Of a stretch of DNA of 64,000 nucleotides, positions 13,543 to 24,434 are shown in pieces. Within the stretch, counting starts at the first letter, position 1; every line of letters starts with the position of its first letter. Position numbers and translations under genes: made by a program. The stretch is from Octopus sinensis (Eukaryota). The notes under the pieces were generated by a model that worked only from the letters and a program-made list of their open reading frames with translations, ran no database searches and was not told where the DNA came from. The DNA lies in NCBI RefSeq assembly GCF_006345805.1, contig NC_043004.1:68262001-68326000 (forward strand), given 5' to 3'.

Positions 13543-14829
13543 CGAGGGGCGTTCAATAAGTAATGCCCCTGACCCACTTCCCATAGCAGTAGAGCAACGA
13601 AACGTGGCACAGTTATTGGTCTTTTTCTACATAGGAAACACCCAGAGTTACGCATTTCTCCCATCGTGTGATGCTGCTCTGGAGACCGTTTTTGTAGAAG
13701 ACCCCAGCTTGGTCCTCCAACCACGACGTGACTTCAGAAATCAAGGCTGCATCATCTGGGAAACGCTTTCCTTTCAAAAACAACTTCATGGCTGGGAAGA
13801 GGTGAGAATCAGAGGGTGCAAGGTCAGATGGGGGAGGAGTTCATAGCCGCACGCCTGTGCTTCTGATCTGGTGATACGCGAGTTGTGGACCGAAAAGTTG
13901 TCCTGCAGAAGGAAGATGCCTTTGCTGATCTTGCCCCGCCTCTTGATTTTGATAGATTCTCTTAATTTCTTCAAAAATGAAGCGTAATAGGCTCCTATAA
14001 TTATGGTACCTTTTGCCAGGAAATCTGTCATCACTACTCCGTCCTGGTCCCAGAAGACTGTGAGCATGACCTTGCCAGCGGAGGGTTGCACCCTTGCCTT
14101 CTTTGGAGGAGGTGAGTAACGGTGCTTCCACTGCATTGACTGGGCTTTGGTCACTGGATCATAGTGATGGACCCAGGTTTCATCCTGTGTAATCAGACTT
14201 TTGAGAAAATTTGACTCATCTTCTTGGCACATCTCCAAATTCATCCTCAAGCACTCGACGCGTTCTTGCTTCTGGAAAGGTGTGAGCAACCTGGGAATCC
14301 ATCTGGCAGACACCTTTTGCATATGCGAATGGTCATGAATGATAGTTTCCACATACCTGGTACTAATCTTGATCTCATGGGCTATTTGGCGAATAGTTAT
14401 GCGTCGATCTTCCAAAATGGCAGCCTCAACTTGACAGACAGATACCTCATCAATGGCAGAAGGGGGGGGGGGGGGGAACAGATCTAGGAGCTGTTTCCAC
14501 AGAGTTCCGACCATGTTTGAATTCACGATGCCAGCGTTTTACAAGGTCATATGATGGGGCATCATCACTATAAGTTACTTTCATTTCATCAAAAGTCTCT
14601 CGTGGTGTGCGTCCTTTCAAATACAAAAACCGGATCACTGTTCGACACTCAACAGGCTCCATTTCACACTTAACTCAGTTCAAACACCTGTAAATCAAAA
14701 ACCACAATTAGTTCAGGGCTGTAATTTATCACTTGATCTGTAGGGATATAAATAATTGTACATGCAAAATTTCGGCTGGATCAAACAGCTGCAAGTGGGT
14801 CAAGGGCATTACTTATTGAACGTCCCTCG
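13543..14829 (-). mobile_element. Full-length mariner transposon (irritans-like), 1287 bp
   Basis: 26-bp TIRs CGAGGGG/ACGTTCAATAAGTAATGCCC, TA target duplication, transposase with WIPRLL, QDETW and LQDN motifs. Confidence 0.95.
13613..14662 (-). pseudogene. Mariner transposase, frameshifted
   Basis: ORFs 14450-14662 (HTH) and 13786-14526; breaks at the poly-G run (~14461-14476) and around the YSPD motif. Confidence 0.9.
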
Positions 14830-14916
14830 TAGTATTTGTATTTACTTACGGCTCATTCATGTTAATAACATATATATTTCTACCCGTGCTGAATAAAATG
14901 ACTTTGTACACATATA

Positions 14917-14953
<37 letters not shown>

Positions 14954-15074
14954 TATATAAGTAGATGAATGAATTAAATCGATACCTGGGTAGCAAATTC
15001 ACGTCAGTAAAACACGGTTGAAGTTACATGCCAAGGGCAGAACCCCGTGTTCGTGTGTGGAAATTTGTGTGTTT

Positions 15075-15371
15075 TATATGAATAAATGAAAAGAATGGAG
15101 TCGAACGAAGATTTAACAAAATTCCTTTACTTTCGACATATGTTTCGAAGACTGCATACTTAATTCGAAGGAATGAAGGTTGCATTATGCCGTCTTCTCA
15201 TCAGGATGAATACAATGGTAGAGGTTCCTTGTATTTCCTGATGAGCGGACGGCACAATGCAACCTTCATTCCTTCGGAATTAAGAGTATGCAGACTTCGA
15301 AACATATGTCGAAAGTAAAGGAATTTTGTTAAAATCTTCGTTCGACTCCATTCTTTTCATTTATTCATATA
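15075..15371. repeat. ~300-bp fold-back carrying a hammerhead motif on each strand
   Basis: Arms ~135 bp; CTGATGA at 15238 (+) and at 15204-15198 (-), each followed by GAAACATATGTC. Confidence 0.85.
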
Positions 15372-15373
15372 TA

Positions 15374-17015
15374 CACTTGCGTCAGAAATTAATTAGCACT
15401 TCTCAAATTTCTACATTTTCTTACATTTTCTTAATTTAATTAGCTTATTATCAGAAACGAACCCGTTTTTAATCAAAAATTTATTAAAACATATCCCAGC
15501 ATACCACATAATAGTCAATATCTTGTTGCACAGGTACTGTGCAGGGATAGCCCTCCATGCAGCAAGAAGTGCCCCAAACAGCTCGTGTCGGTTCCTGTAT
15601 TGCTGCACATTCAAATCCCTACCCAATCAACTCCAGAGGTTCTCAATAGGGTTCAGGTCAGGTGACTGGCCAGGCCAGGCCAGTCCATGACCGTCACCCT
15701 ATGGTCCTTGAAGAAACCGGTTGTGAGCTTGGCTGTGTGGCGAGGCGCGTTGTCCTGCTGGAGCATGTACTCCTCGCCACCAAAGAGGTATCCCGCAGAG
15801 GGTAGGGCAGCATTCCGTACTATCTCAACGTACTTTGCTGCGTTGATGTTGCCTTCGACGGCATAGAGCCGCCCAACACCACTGTAGCTGAACGCCCCCC
15901 ACACCATCAGACCACCCCCACCATGCTTCATGGTGGGAGCAATGCAGTCTTGTTGAAGCGCTCACCCCTGCGGCGCGTCGCACATGGACAGGCTTGTCAC
16001 TGACGAGACTGAATCGCGACTCGTCAGTGAACATCACTGTCCGCCACTGCTGCACGGTCCATGTCTTGTGGGCACGGGCCCAGAGCAGCCGCCTCCGGTT
16101 TTGGGCTGTAAGGAGCGGCTTACGGGCGGCCCTACAGGATTTTAGACCAGCTTCCAGTAATCTGGTCTTGACGGTGATTGTAGACAACTGCTCCCTGTCA
16201 CCTTTTGCATCTCCTCCGCCAGTTGCCGGCTCGTTGCCCTTCGGTTGTTCAGCGACTTTCGGATCAGCATCCGGTCCTCCTGCTGGGTCGTCAGCCTCTT
16301 CTGTCTCCTACCCTTTTGTCAGCTGCTGATCCGGTTTCTTCGTATTTTTAAATAAGCACTGAATTGTGCGCCTGGCTATAACACCAAGTTTTCTGACTAT
16401 TGCAGCCTCCGACAGCTTCCCACGCCACGAGAGAGACTCGTACCGTCTCTCCAAGGTCATGCGAGGTCTTGGGCCATCTAGGATGAACGATAAAAACCAG
16501 TTATTTTCATTAAAACTATTCATTTGAATAATGTTATGCTATAACAAAAACTACTATGAGTTATTATTCATTAAACAAAAAAGAAAGAAAGCAGAATTTC
16601 TCACTTTATTTGATGTAAAAAAAAGAAGTTTGTGAACCGAAAGTGACGTCACAAAGCAGGGTGTAGAGGAGAATTTGTTGAGGAAAAAAAACTTGCAAAT
16701 ACACAAATCAATGAACCTACAAGCTGTTCAAAACGTCTTACGCGATGAGAAAACTTAGTACGGTGTGATTTCGGTCCTTGCGAGGCGCTACCTATATCTA
16801 TTTAACAAAGGAAGATTTGTCTGCATCCGCACTCCAAGTTGTTGTTGCACTGCTATGTCAACATCATTAGGCTGTAGACTCTCAAACCGCTCTGCAAACA
16901 AGGTTACGTCATCGTTCTGCGCAACAGTGAACTCGCAACAAAGCAATAGTTCGAGATATGGCCACTAGGTGACAGCACATACCTTGAGTGAAGAGCAAAT
17001 CAAGGGTGCTAATTA

Positions 17016-17017
<2 letters not shown>
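15374..17017 (-). mobile_element. Tc1-family transposon, frameshifted transposase
   Basis: FTDESRF, KHGGGGLMVWGAFS, QQDNAPRHT and SPDLNPIEN (DD34E) motifs in ORFs 15653-16523; TIR core TTAATTAGCAC at both ends, right end lost in (TA)n. Confidence 0.9.
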
Positions 17018-17112
<95 letters not shown>

Positions 17113-17450
17113 GATGTATGTGTGTAAAAGTAAAAAAAATATACAAACTGGGACAAGAACGTGAAATATTTAGAAGACGACACACAAAAAACCAGGACGG
17201 GACATTCGAAGCCCTCAATCTTCAGTCAAGAACCGGATCATCTTTCGGCTGATATATACGTATTAGATATATATATATATATATATATAGTATATATTAT
17301 ATATGATATTTAGATATATATATATATATATATATACATATAATATGTAAATATATGTATATATACATATATAACGATAATAATATTAAGGATATTGTTT
17401 CCAAACTTACAGGGAAAAATTCAATTTAGTAATACTAAATCAAAATTTCA

Positions 17451-17481
<31 letters not shown>

Positions 17482-17655
17482 ATATATATAATATATAGGG
17501 TATATGTATATAAATGAGAGATAACCACCATGTAGCAATTCAACTAAGATATAATTAAATCATACCATATGGAAAAGAATTAAAGATACGATAAAACATT
17601 TACCTAGAACTAAATAAAATACGAAGCGATAAATAAATAGTAAATAATTAGTAAA

Positions 17656-17741
17656 TAGACTAAACATGTTTCGTGGCTATATTTTCAAATTGATAACAGT
17701 AAAATCATTTCAAATTAAATATAGTCACTCATCAGGTCCAA
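17656..17741 (-). ncRNA. Degenerate type I hammerhead ribozyme
   Basis: ttggac-CTGATGA-GTGACTATATTT...AAATATAGCCAC-GAAA-CATG-TTT-agtcta; 11 of 12 stem II pairs; 2 extra T at the cleavage site. Confidence 0.6.
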
Positions 17742-18102
17742 GATAAAAACAATAAAATAATTAAATAAAAAGACGTATATTATCTTATAAGAAAATATAA
17801 ATATATATAGAAATACGTCATTTTTCAATAAAAAACCGAACAAAATTCAGCAATATATCTTAAAGTAAAAGCATGAAATATCTTATCAAATATATTCTGT
17901 TAACTTTATACTTAATACATAGGACTGTTTATAATAAATTTATCTCTTTAGAAACGTAGTGTAAATAAAAATTGAATAAATAGTTATAAATATTTATTTT
18001 GTCTATGAAAATATATTTTAGCTTATAGAAGAGAAAAATAACAAGCAATAGTATATCATTACTGGAAAATTAGAATAAAATTACTTAAAACAAAATATTT
18101 AA

Positions 18103-18165
<63 letters not shown>

Positions 18166-18313
18166 AAAAGCAATAAAGATTCAAGTTAATTTAAATGAAT
18201 TTACTTGAATATGGTACCTAACTTAGATGCACCAAAAAAAAACTATACTGTTTTAACAATACAGTAATGTGGGGTGATTATAAGCGAGAAAGAAGCAACA
18301 AGAATGGATAGGT

Positions 18314-18405
18314 TTTTAGTACAATCGTTTCATACAAGGACAGGCTTTATTAAAAGTTGTAAAAATTACAGCATATAAAACGTGTCCCGTACTCATCAGC
18401 TAAAA
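18314..18405 (-). ncRNA. Type I hammerhead ribozyme (mirror copy)
   Basis: Reverse complement of 18774-18863. Confidence 0.8.
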
Positions 18406-18773
18406 TACATGTGAGTTCTCTAGACATCCTAGTGGTTGAGGCTATACTCATGAAGTAATGTAGATAATTAAGTAACATAAACAGATTTCCAAAGTTCATT
18501 AAAGTTCTTTAAAGATGATGTACAGTCTTATCACAGAATTTTAAAAAAGTTCTAATAGCATCACAGAGAAGGTGACCTAATCCATAGAGCACATATGAAT
18601 TAGGTCACCTTCTCTGTGATGCTATTAGAACTTTTTTAAATTCTGTGATAAGACTGTACATCATCTTTAAAGAACTTTAATGAACTTTGGAAATCTGTTT
18701 ATGTTACTTAATTATCTACATTACTTCATGAGTATAGCCTCAACCACTAGGATGTCTAGAGAACTCACATGTA

Positions 18774-18863
18774 TTTTAGCTGATGAGTACGGGACACGTT
18801 TATATGCTGTAATTTTTACAACTTTAATAAAGCCTGTCCTTGTATGAAACGATTGTACTAAAA
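18774..18863 (+). ncRNA. Type I hammerhead ribozyme
   Basis: Stem I ttttag/ctaaaa, CTGATGA 18780-18786, stem II GTACGGGACA/TGTCCTTGTAT (one bulge), GAAA, stem III AC-GATT-GT, GTA cleavage triplet (after 18857). Confidence 0.8.
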
Positions 18864-18894
18864 ACCTATCCATTCTTGTTGCTTCTTTCTCGCG

Positions 18895-18926
<32 letters not shown>

Positions 18927-19637
18927 AATATATATATATATATTTATGTAAAAAGGAGATGTGGAACACGAGTTGTGATATATAAAAAAAGGAAATGAAG
19001 AAAATGCTGACAAAATACTTTTAAGTAAGGGAGAGTGTATTAATTAGGTGAAAGATCTTTTTACCGGTTGCGCATTTGTTATGCTTATCAAAAGATATTT
19101 TTTTAAGAGAGATAGAGTTCCTTTCTGATAGATTTTTTTTCTCTTATAAGAGAAAAAAATCTATCAGAAAGGAACTCTATCTCTCCGCAGTACACTTGGA
19201 CCTCATCGGTTCTGATTGTGGGTGCTTATTTAGGTTACGTGCAAAGGAAAAGGAATTCGCGAGCTTTCCCTATTTTATTTTAAAAAATCAATATATATCA
19301 AATATAATTATGCCCCATGAGTTGTTGCAATCGAACCTACTTTCTCGTGGTTAAATCTTAGAACACTTCCAATCCACAGTGTCGGTAATCACCACGATTT
19401 GGGATTAGATAATTTACTAAAATTATATCTCCGATTTTCAGTAATTGACACATGAATGGGAATTTCATAAACTAATTTTATTGACAATCCTTCTTCAAAG
19501 ATTTTCAACTCACTCCCTGTGTAACATATGTGAGGCAGTATAAAAATCATATGTGAGGCAATATATTTTGCACATGGGATGCATTTAAATTATTTTTATA
19601 TTTTGTTGATATCCATAATCGTCGCATCCGTTGGTAT

Positions 19638-19701
19638 CTCTTTTACTCTCTTTTACTTGTTTCAGTCATTTGACTGCGGCCATGCTGGAGCACCGCCTTT
19701 A
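19638..19701 (-). mobile_element. SINE/LINE 3' tail fused to the 5S copy
   Basis: AAAGGCGGTGCTCCAGCATGGCCGCAGTCAAATGACTGAAACAAGTAAAAGAG, the same tail as 4674-4735 and 50285-50347. Confidence 0.85.
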
Positions 19702-19705
19702 TGCT

Positions 19706-19815
19706 ATGCTTACTGCACCTGGGTTTCCCAAGCGGTCACCCATCTAAGTACTGACTAGGCTCGACGTTGCTTAACTTCGATGATCAGACGAGAACCGGTG
19801 CTTTCAACGTGATAT
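19706..19815 (-). pseudogene. 5S rRNA pseudogene or retrocopy, lacking the first ~10 nt
   Basis: ATATCACGTTGAAAGCACCGGTTCTCGTCTGATCATCGAAGTTAAGCAACGTCGAGCC...GATGGGTGACCGCTTGGGAA...GTAAGCAT; several substitutions relative to the typical metazoan 5S. Confidence 0.9.
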
Positions 19816-20078
19816 ATATACATACATACCAACGTAACCTAAATAAGCACCCACAATCAGAACCGATGAGGTCCAAGTGTACTGCGGAGCGCGTAGGACA
19901 TCAATTCGTTTCATAAAACGTGAGGTCGTATTGCATGGTGGAGTCATTCCGTAATGACGCCATCTTTGCTGAAAGTTAGATAAGTTAAAGAAAAACAAAA
20001 GTATGAAATTTCATATTCGTAAATAATTTTATTTCTTTCTTAATTTCTATTTATGGCTTTCTGTCTCCCTTTGTCTTC

Positions 20079-20116
<38 letters not shown>

Positions 20117-20362
20117 CTCTCTCTTCTCTCTCTCTCTCTCTCACTCACAAATGCAGACATCTACACACAATAAAAACATGTATGTGCTTATATATGTGTG
20201 CGCAAATTTTGTGTTTATAAATGTATGGTGTCTCTCTCCTACTCTATCTCTTTCTCTCACTTTCTCCTTCTCTTTTCTCTCTCTCTCTCTCTCTCTCTCC
20301 TCTCTTTCTCTCTCTGTATATATATATATATGTATATATATCTATGTATATATATATATATG

Positions 20363-20416
<54 letters not shown>

Positions 20417-21091
20417 CAAATACATTTACATATACAAATTTAAAGTAGATAGATATATGTATCTGTCTGTGTACATATATTTACACACACAACATACACA
20501 CATATACGCACACAAGCACACAATGTATATATATTTTGCACATATACAACTCTGAATTATTATGGATATATATGCACACGCAGCCACACACTCACGCGCT
20601 CACACACACACATAATGCAGTACGCTATATCTGAGTATCACAACACATGATTATACAGTATGTATATGTGTGTGTGTGTCTGCATACATATGCGTGTGCG
20701 TAGGTGGAGATATATGGAGGCCGTATTCTTTCATTTTAAACTTCAGTGGAACCACCAATCCTAGACTATAAATGCTAAATTCTTCTTTTGTGTTCTATAG
20801 AGTAATCTGCTTTAACGACCAACTACCAAAATGGCTAATATCAGGTGAACAGCTAATCGTCGTCTTGAAATCAGCCTTCTGCCTTAGTATGCAATTTCCT
20901 TTCAAGTTACGCATGAAAGAAAAATTCTTTTGAATTCAAATAGTTAATCACCAAACCATATCACGTGACTTTTTCATCAATGCCTCATTAGCATAATCAC
21001 GTATATTTCGCTTATTCTATTATATGGATTTTCAAATTCTCAAAATACACATCACACATTTACATGTCTGTATGTAGAAGAGAAATATCAG

Positions 21092-21122
<31 letters not shown>

Positions 21123-21278
21123 GTGCGTGTGTGTGTGTGTGTGTCCGTGTGTGTATGTGCGTGTGTGTGTGTGTTTGTATGTGTGCGTTGCATGTGTGTA
21201 TATTTATGTTTATATATATGTATGCATGGATACAAATATATTTATGTATATACACATATCTCTATATACACACATATG

Positions 21279-21316
<38 letters not shown>

Positions 21317-21386
21317 ATATATATATATATATATATATGTATGTAGTGTGTGTATATTAGGTATGCTTCTATATATATGCATATAT

Positions 21387-21426
<40 letters not shown>

Positions 21427-21552
21427 TACATATATATATGTATGCAGAGGCGTATGTATGTACGTGTGTGTGTATGTTTAACATATATATGAAAGTATAT
21501 GTTTATATACATATACATATATGTATGCATGTTATATACCTGTGTATGTAGC

Positions 21553-21590
<38 letters not shown>

Positions 21591-22011
21591 ACAGCAACAG
21601 ATTCACATTCTCATGTACAGCTATGCACAGATCTATACATGCACATATACATATATACTCATACATATGTATATATGCTTGGAAAGTGTTACACAGAGAA
21701 ATACGTATGTATATTTATATACACAGAAGCACACACACATGTTTAGGCATCCTAATCAACATGACTCTCTTCCTCTACATTATTCTATATCTCTCTCTCT
21801 CAGTCTCTCTATCTCTCTTTCTGTCTCTCTCAGTCTCTCCCTTTGTTTTTGCTTCGCTCCGTTGGCATCTGTATTTGTGTGGCTGTTGGTATTTGTCTCT
21901 GTTTGTGTGTGTTTGTACGTGTATGCTCGCGAGTGTGTGTGCGGTGTGTCTATGTGTGTGTGTGTATATGAGTGCATATGTTGAATGAGTTATGTGAAAA
22001 TAATTCTTCAC

Positions 22012-22108
22012 CGGTAGCCATATGTTCCGCTGTAAAACGCGTGTGAAAAGATGGAGGCCCCATTCGAAAGCCTGTGTAATTTAATATCATTGAAGACGGA
22101 TGTGAAAT
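22012..22108 (-). CDS. Putative internal exon encoding the start of a TRAF/MATH domain
   Basis: 97-nt exon, acceptor aattaacag|, donor |gtgaag; translates (D)FTSVFNDIKLHRLSNGASIFSHAFYSGTYGY(R), resembling the TRAF motif IFSPAFYTSxYGYK; neighbouring exons not identified. Confidence 0.55.
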
Positions 22109-22269
22109 CTGTTAATTATTACAGAATATAAAAATTACTAAATCCGTATTTAGCTACTGTAATCAAGAAAATAATCGAAGTCAAGTAGAAAATATATATA
22201 TATTGTTGCAGGTCACTTTTTTTGGGGTGGGGGGCGTTAGGATGAAAGAACTTTCGAGAGAATGACCTA

Positions 22270-22520
22270 GAAAAGAAGAAGAAGAAGAAGAAGAAAAAGA
22301 AGAGGAAAAGAGGAGGAGGATAAGAAGAATGAGAAGAAGAAGAAGAAGAAGAGAGGACAAGAAGAAGAAGAAGAGAGGACAAGAAGAAGAAGAAGAAGAA
22401 GAAAAAGAAAAAGAAGAAAAAGAAAAAGAAGAAAAAGAAAAAGAAAAGGAAATAAGAAGAAGAGGAGAAAGAACAAGAAGAACAAGAAAAAGAACAAGAA
22501 GAAGAAGAACAAGAACAAGA
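22270..22520 (+). repeat. Polypurine (GAA/GAG/GAAAAA) tract
   Basis: About 250 bp, nearly all purines on the + strand. Confidence 0.9.
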
Positions 22521-22871
22521 AGCTCGCACCTAACATTGTCTTTTGTATGAGCAAGTGTCGGTTCATCTCTGAGAATACGAATAAATACTTTTAAAAATCT
22601 CCTCAATTATAGAAGTTTTAATAATTATTCAAACAAATTCATTCTGGAGTTGGTAAAACGAAAGAGGCCTTTGGTTCTGAATGATTAATGTGTCCACCAG
22701 GTAACGGCGTATTACCTACATTAGAAGCTACTGCTAAGGTATATTTATAATGCTTCTGAAATATACTTTCCACATATCATCAAAAGCATGTAAACCGGAA
22801 ATGCTTCCATTCTCATGAGTGTCACTGCTCATTATATTTGAATGTGCAATTCCATTATTAGTCCACACTTT

Positions 22872-23043
22872 AAGGTGGCGACCTGGCAGAATCGGTAACA
22901 CGCCAGACAAAATGATAAGCGGCATTTTGTCCGTCTTCACGAACTGAGTTCAAAATCCACCCAAGTCAATTTTGCCTGTCACCTTTTCGGGATCGGTACA
23001 ATAAGTACCAGTTGTACACTGGGGTCAATGAAGTCGACTTACC
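22872..23043 (+). mobile_element. Degenerate tRNA-derived SINE with Nin/Deu-like domain
   Basis: Similar to the reverse complement of 61714-62100 (GTCAATTTTGCC...TTTTCGGGATCGGTACAATAAGTACCAG). Confidence 0.65.
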
Positions 23044-23105
23044 AAATTTTTGCGCCAAAATTTGACACTCTTATTAGCCAAAGCTTCAGATTCATTTTCA
23101 TTTAT

Positions 23106-23305
23106 CAGTGGGTGCTCAAAAGTTCCTAGCTTTAAGGTTATCACGAATGGCCTGGATGGAGGCCCAACCTTCTGATTTCTTATACGAGGCTTACAAAAAC
23201 TGAAGGACCGTTTCAATAAGTGTATAAATCTGGGAGAGTAATACGTTGAATAAAATCATAATTAACTGATCCTCCTCATGCCAGGAATTTTTCAGCACCC
23301 CCTCG
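23106..23305 (+). mobile_element. Mariner-derived MITE remnant
   Basis: Imperfect TIRs GGGTGCTCAAAAGTTCCTAGC / GCCAGGAATTTTTCAGCACCCCCTCG followed by TA. Confidence 0.6.
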
Positions 23306-24131
23306 TATATATTCAGTTAAACATTTGATACCAATTTATCTTTCGCTGACAAACTCTATAGACGAATTACTAGGATCCGATCAGTCGCTTTTTGGAAAGA
23401 CAAACGAAGGCAAAGATGATGGATGCGTTATAGCTGTAGAGTCAATTAATGGTGTGTTGTAGGCGCCATCTCTATAAATTACGTAAACGTTGTTGATGGC
23501 CTGTGGTACTTGTTGCTTATAATCTATAAATTATTTTCCTCTTTGTTCCATAATTCAAGAGTTGCCTACATCTCCAATTCATTTCTTTGACCCGCTTTGG
23601 ACACTTTTTGGCTGTCATATTTTCGCATTCCACGGGCGTAGAATCTTTATGTCACACAAATATAACGATTTACTTTACATAAAACATTTCGTTCTTTTAA
23701 CCTCATGCAGCATATTCTCATATACAGACATACTCGTGGTGCTTCCAGCGAACAGTGTAAGCTCTATTTATTATCTATAGCACTACGAAGTATTATATCT
23801 GGACCAACTTCTGTTTCGCTCCAGTTCCTTCTAATCTAGTTCCGCTGTTTTTGTATAATCCTTTCTAAAGTAAACACAATGTTAGAAATTTGGATGTGGA
23901 ATGGTCGATTACAGCGACTCCAATACTTGATAGTACTTCTCGGAAAGGATGAAATGCAAATTCTACCTCGGCAGAATTTGAACTCAGAATGTGGAGCCGG
24001 AAGCAACGCCGTTTCCGCATCCTGATACGCTATGGATTCTGGTAAGTCACCGATTTTGTTCTATGTTTAATAATGGTAACTGCCTAGGAAAATGCATCTT
24101 TTTCACATATACGTCAAGTAAATGTAATAGT

Positions 24132-24434
24132 GTGGAGGCGCAAAGGCCCAGTGGTTAGGGCAGTGGACTCGCAGTCGGAGAATCGCGGATTCAATTCCCA
24201 GACCGGGCTTGTGTGTGTTTATTGAGCAAAAACACCTAAAAGCTCCACGAGGCTCCATCAGGGGGCGCTGGCGAGCCCTGTTATTCTCTTTCACCACAAC
24301 CTCCTCTCACGTTCTCTTCCGGTTTCCTGAGTAACGCTGCGATGGACTGGCGTCCCGTCCAGCTGGGGGAAAACACACACGCCACAGAAACCGGGAAACC
24401 GAGCCCATGAGCCTAACTAGGCTTGAAAAGGGCG
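24132..24434 (+). mobile_element. tRNA-derived SINE, same head as 688-1046 with a different 3' half
   Basis: Shared head to ~24326, then the V-SINE-like motif CTGCGATGGACTGGCGTCCCGTCCAG and an AGAAACCGGG tail. Confidence 0.75.

Larger units (their letters stand above)
12973..14873 (-). repeat. Right arm of inverted duplication, interrupted by a mariner
   Basis: Homology stops at TA 13541-13542 and resumes after TA 14830-14831. Confidence 0.95.
18284..18893. repeat. Near-perfect ~610-bp fold-back (arms ~298 bp, 17-nt loop)
   Basis: 18284-18581 is the reverse complement of 18599-18893 except for two homopolymer indels. Confidence 0.95.

Noticed and set aside
16787-16962. 58-codon open frame in the Tc1 5' region as a captured exon
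   Set aside because: No start codon or homology recognised; element length is normal for Tc1
19380-19510. Minus-strand SEA-like peptide VSITENRRYNFSKLSNPKS
   Set aside because: Weak similarity, ends in a stop, no good donor
19862-19905. CCGATGA-GGTCC...GGAC possible hammerhead
   Set aside because: U4 is mutated and no GAAA follows stem II
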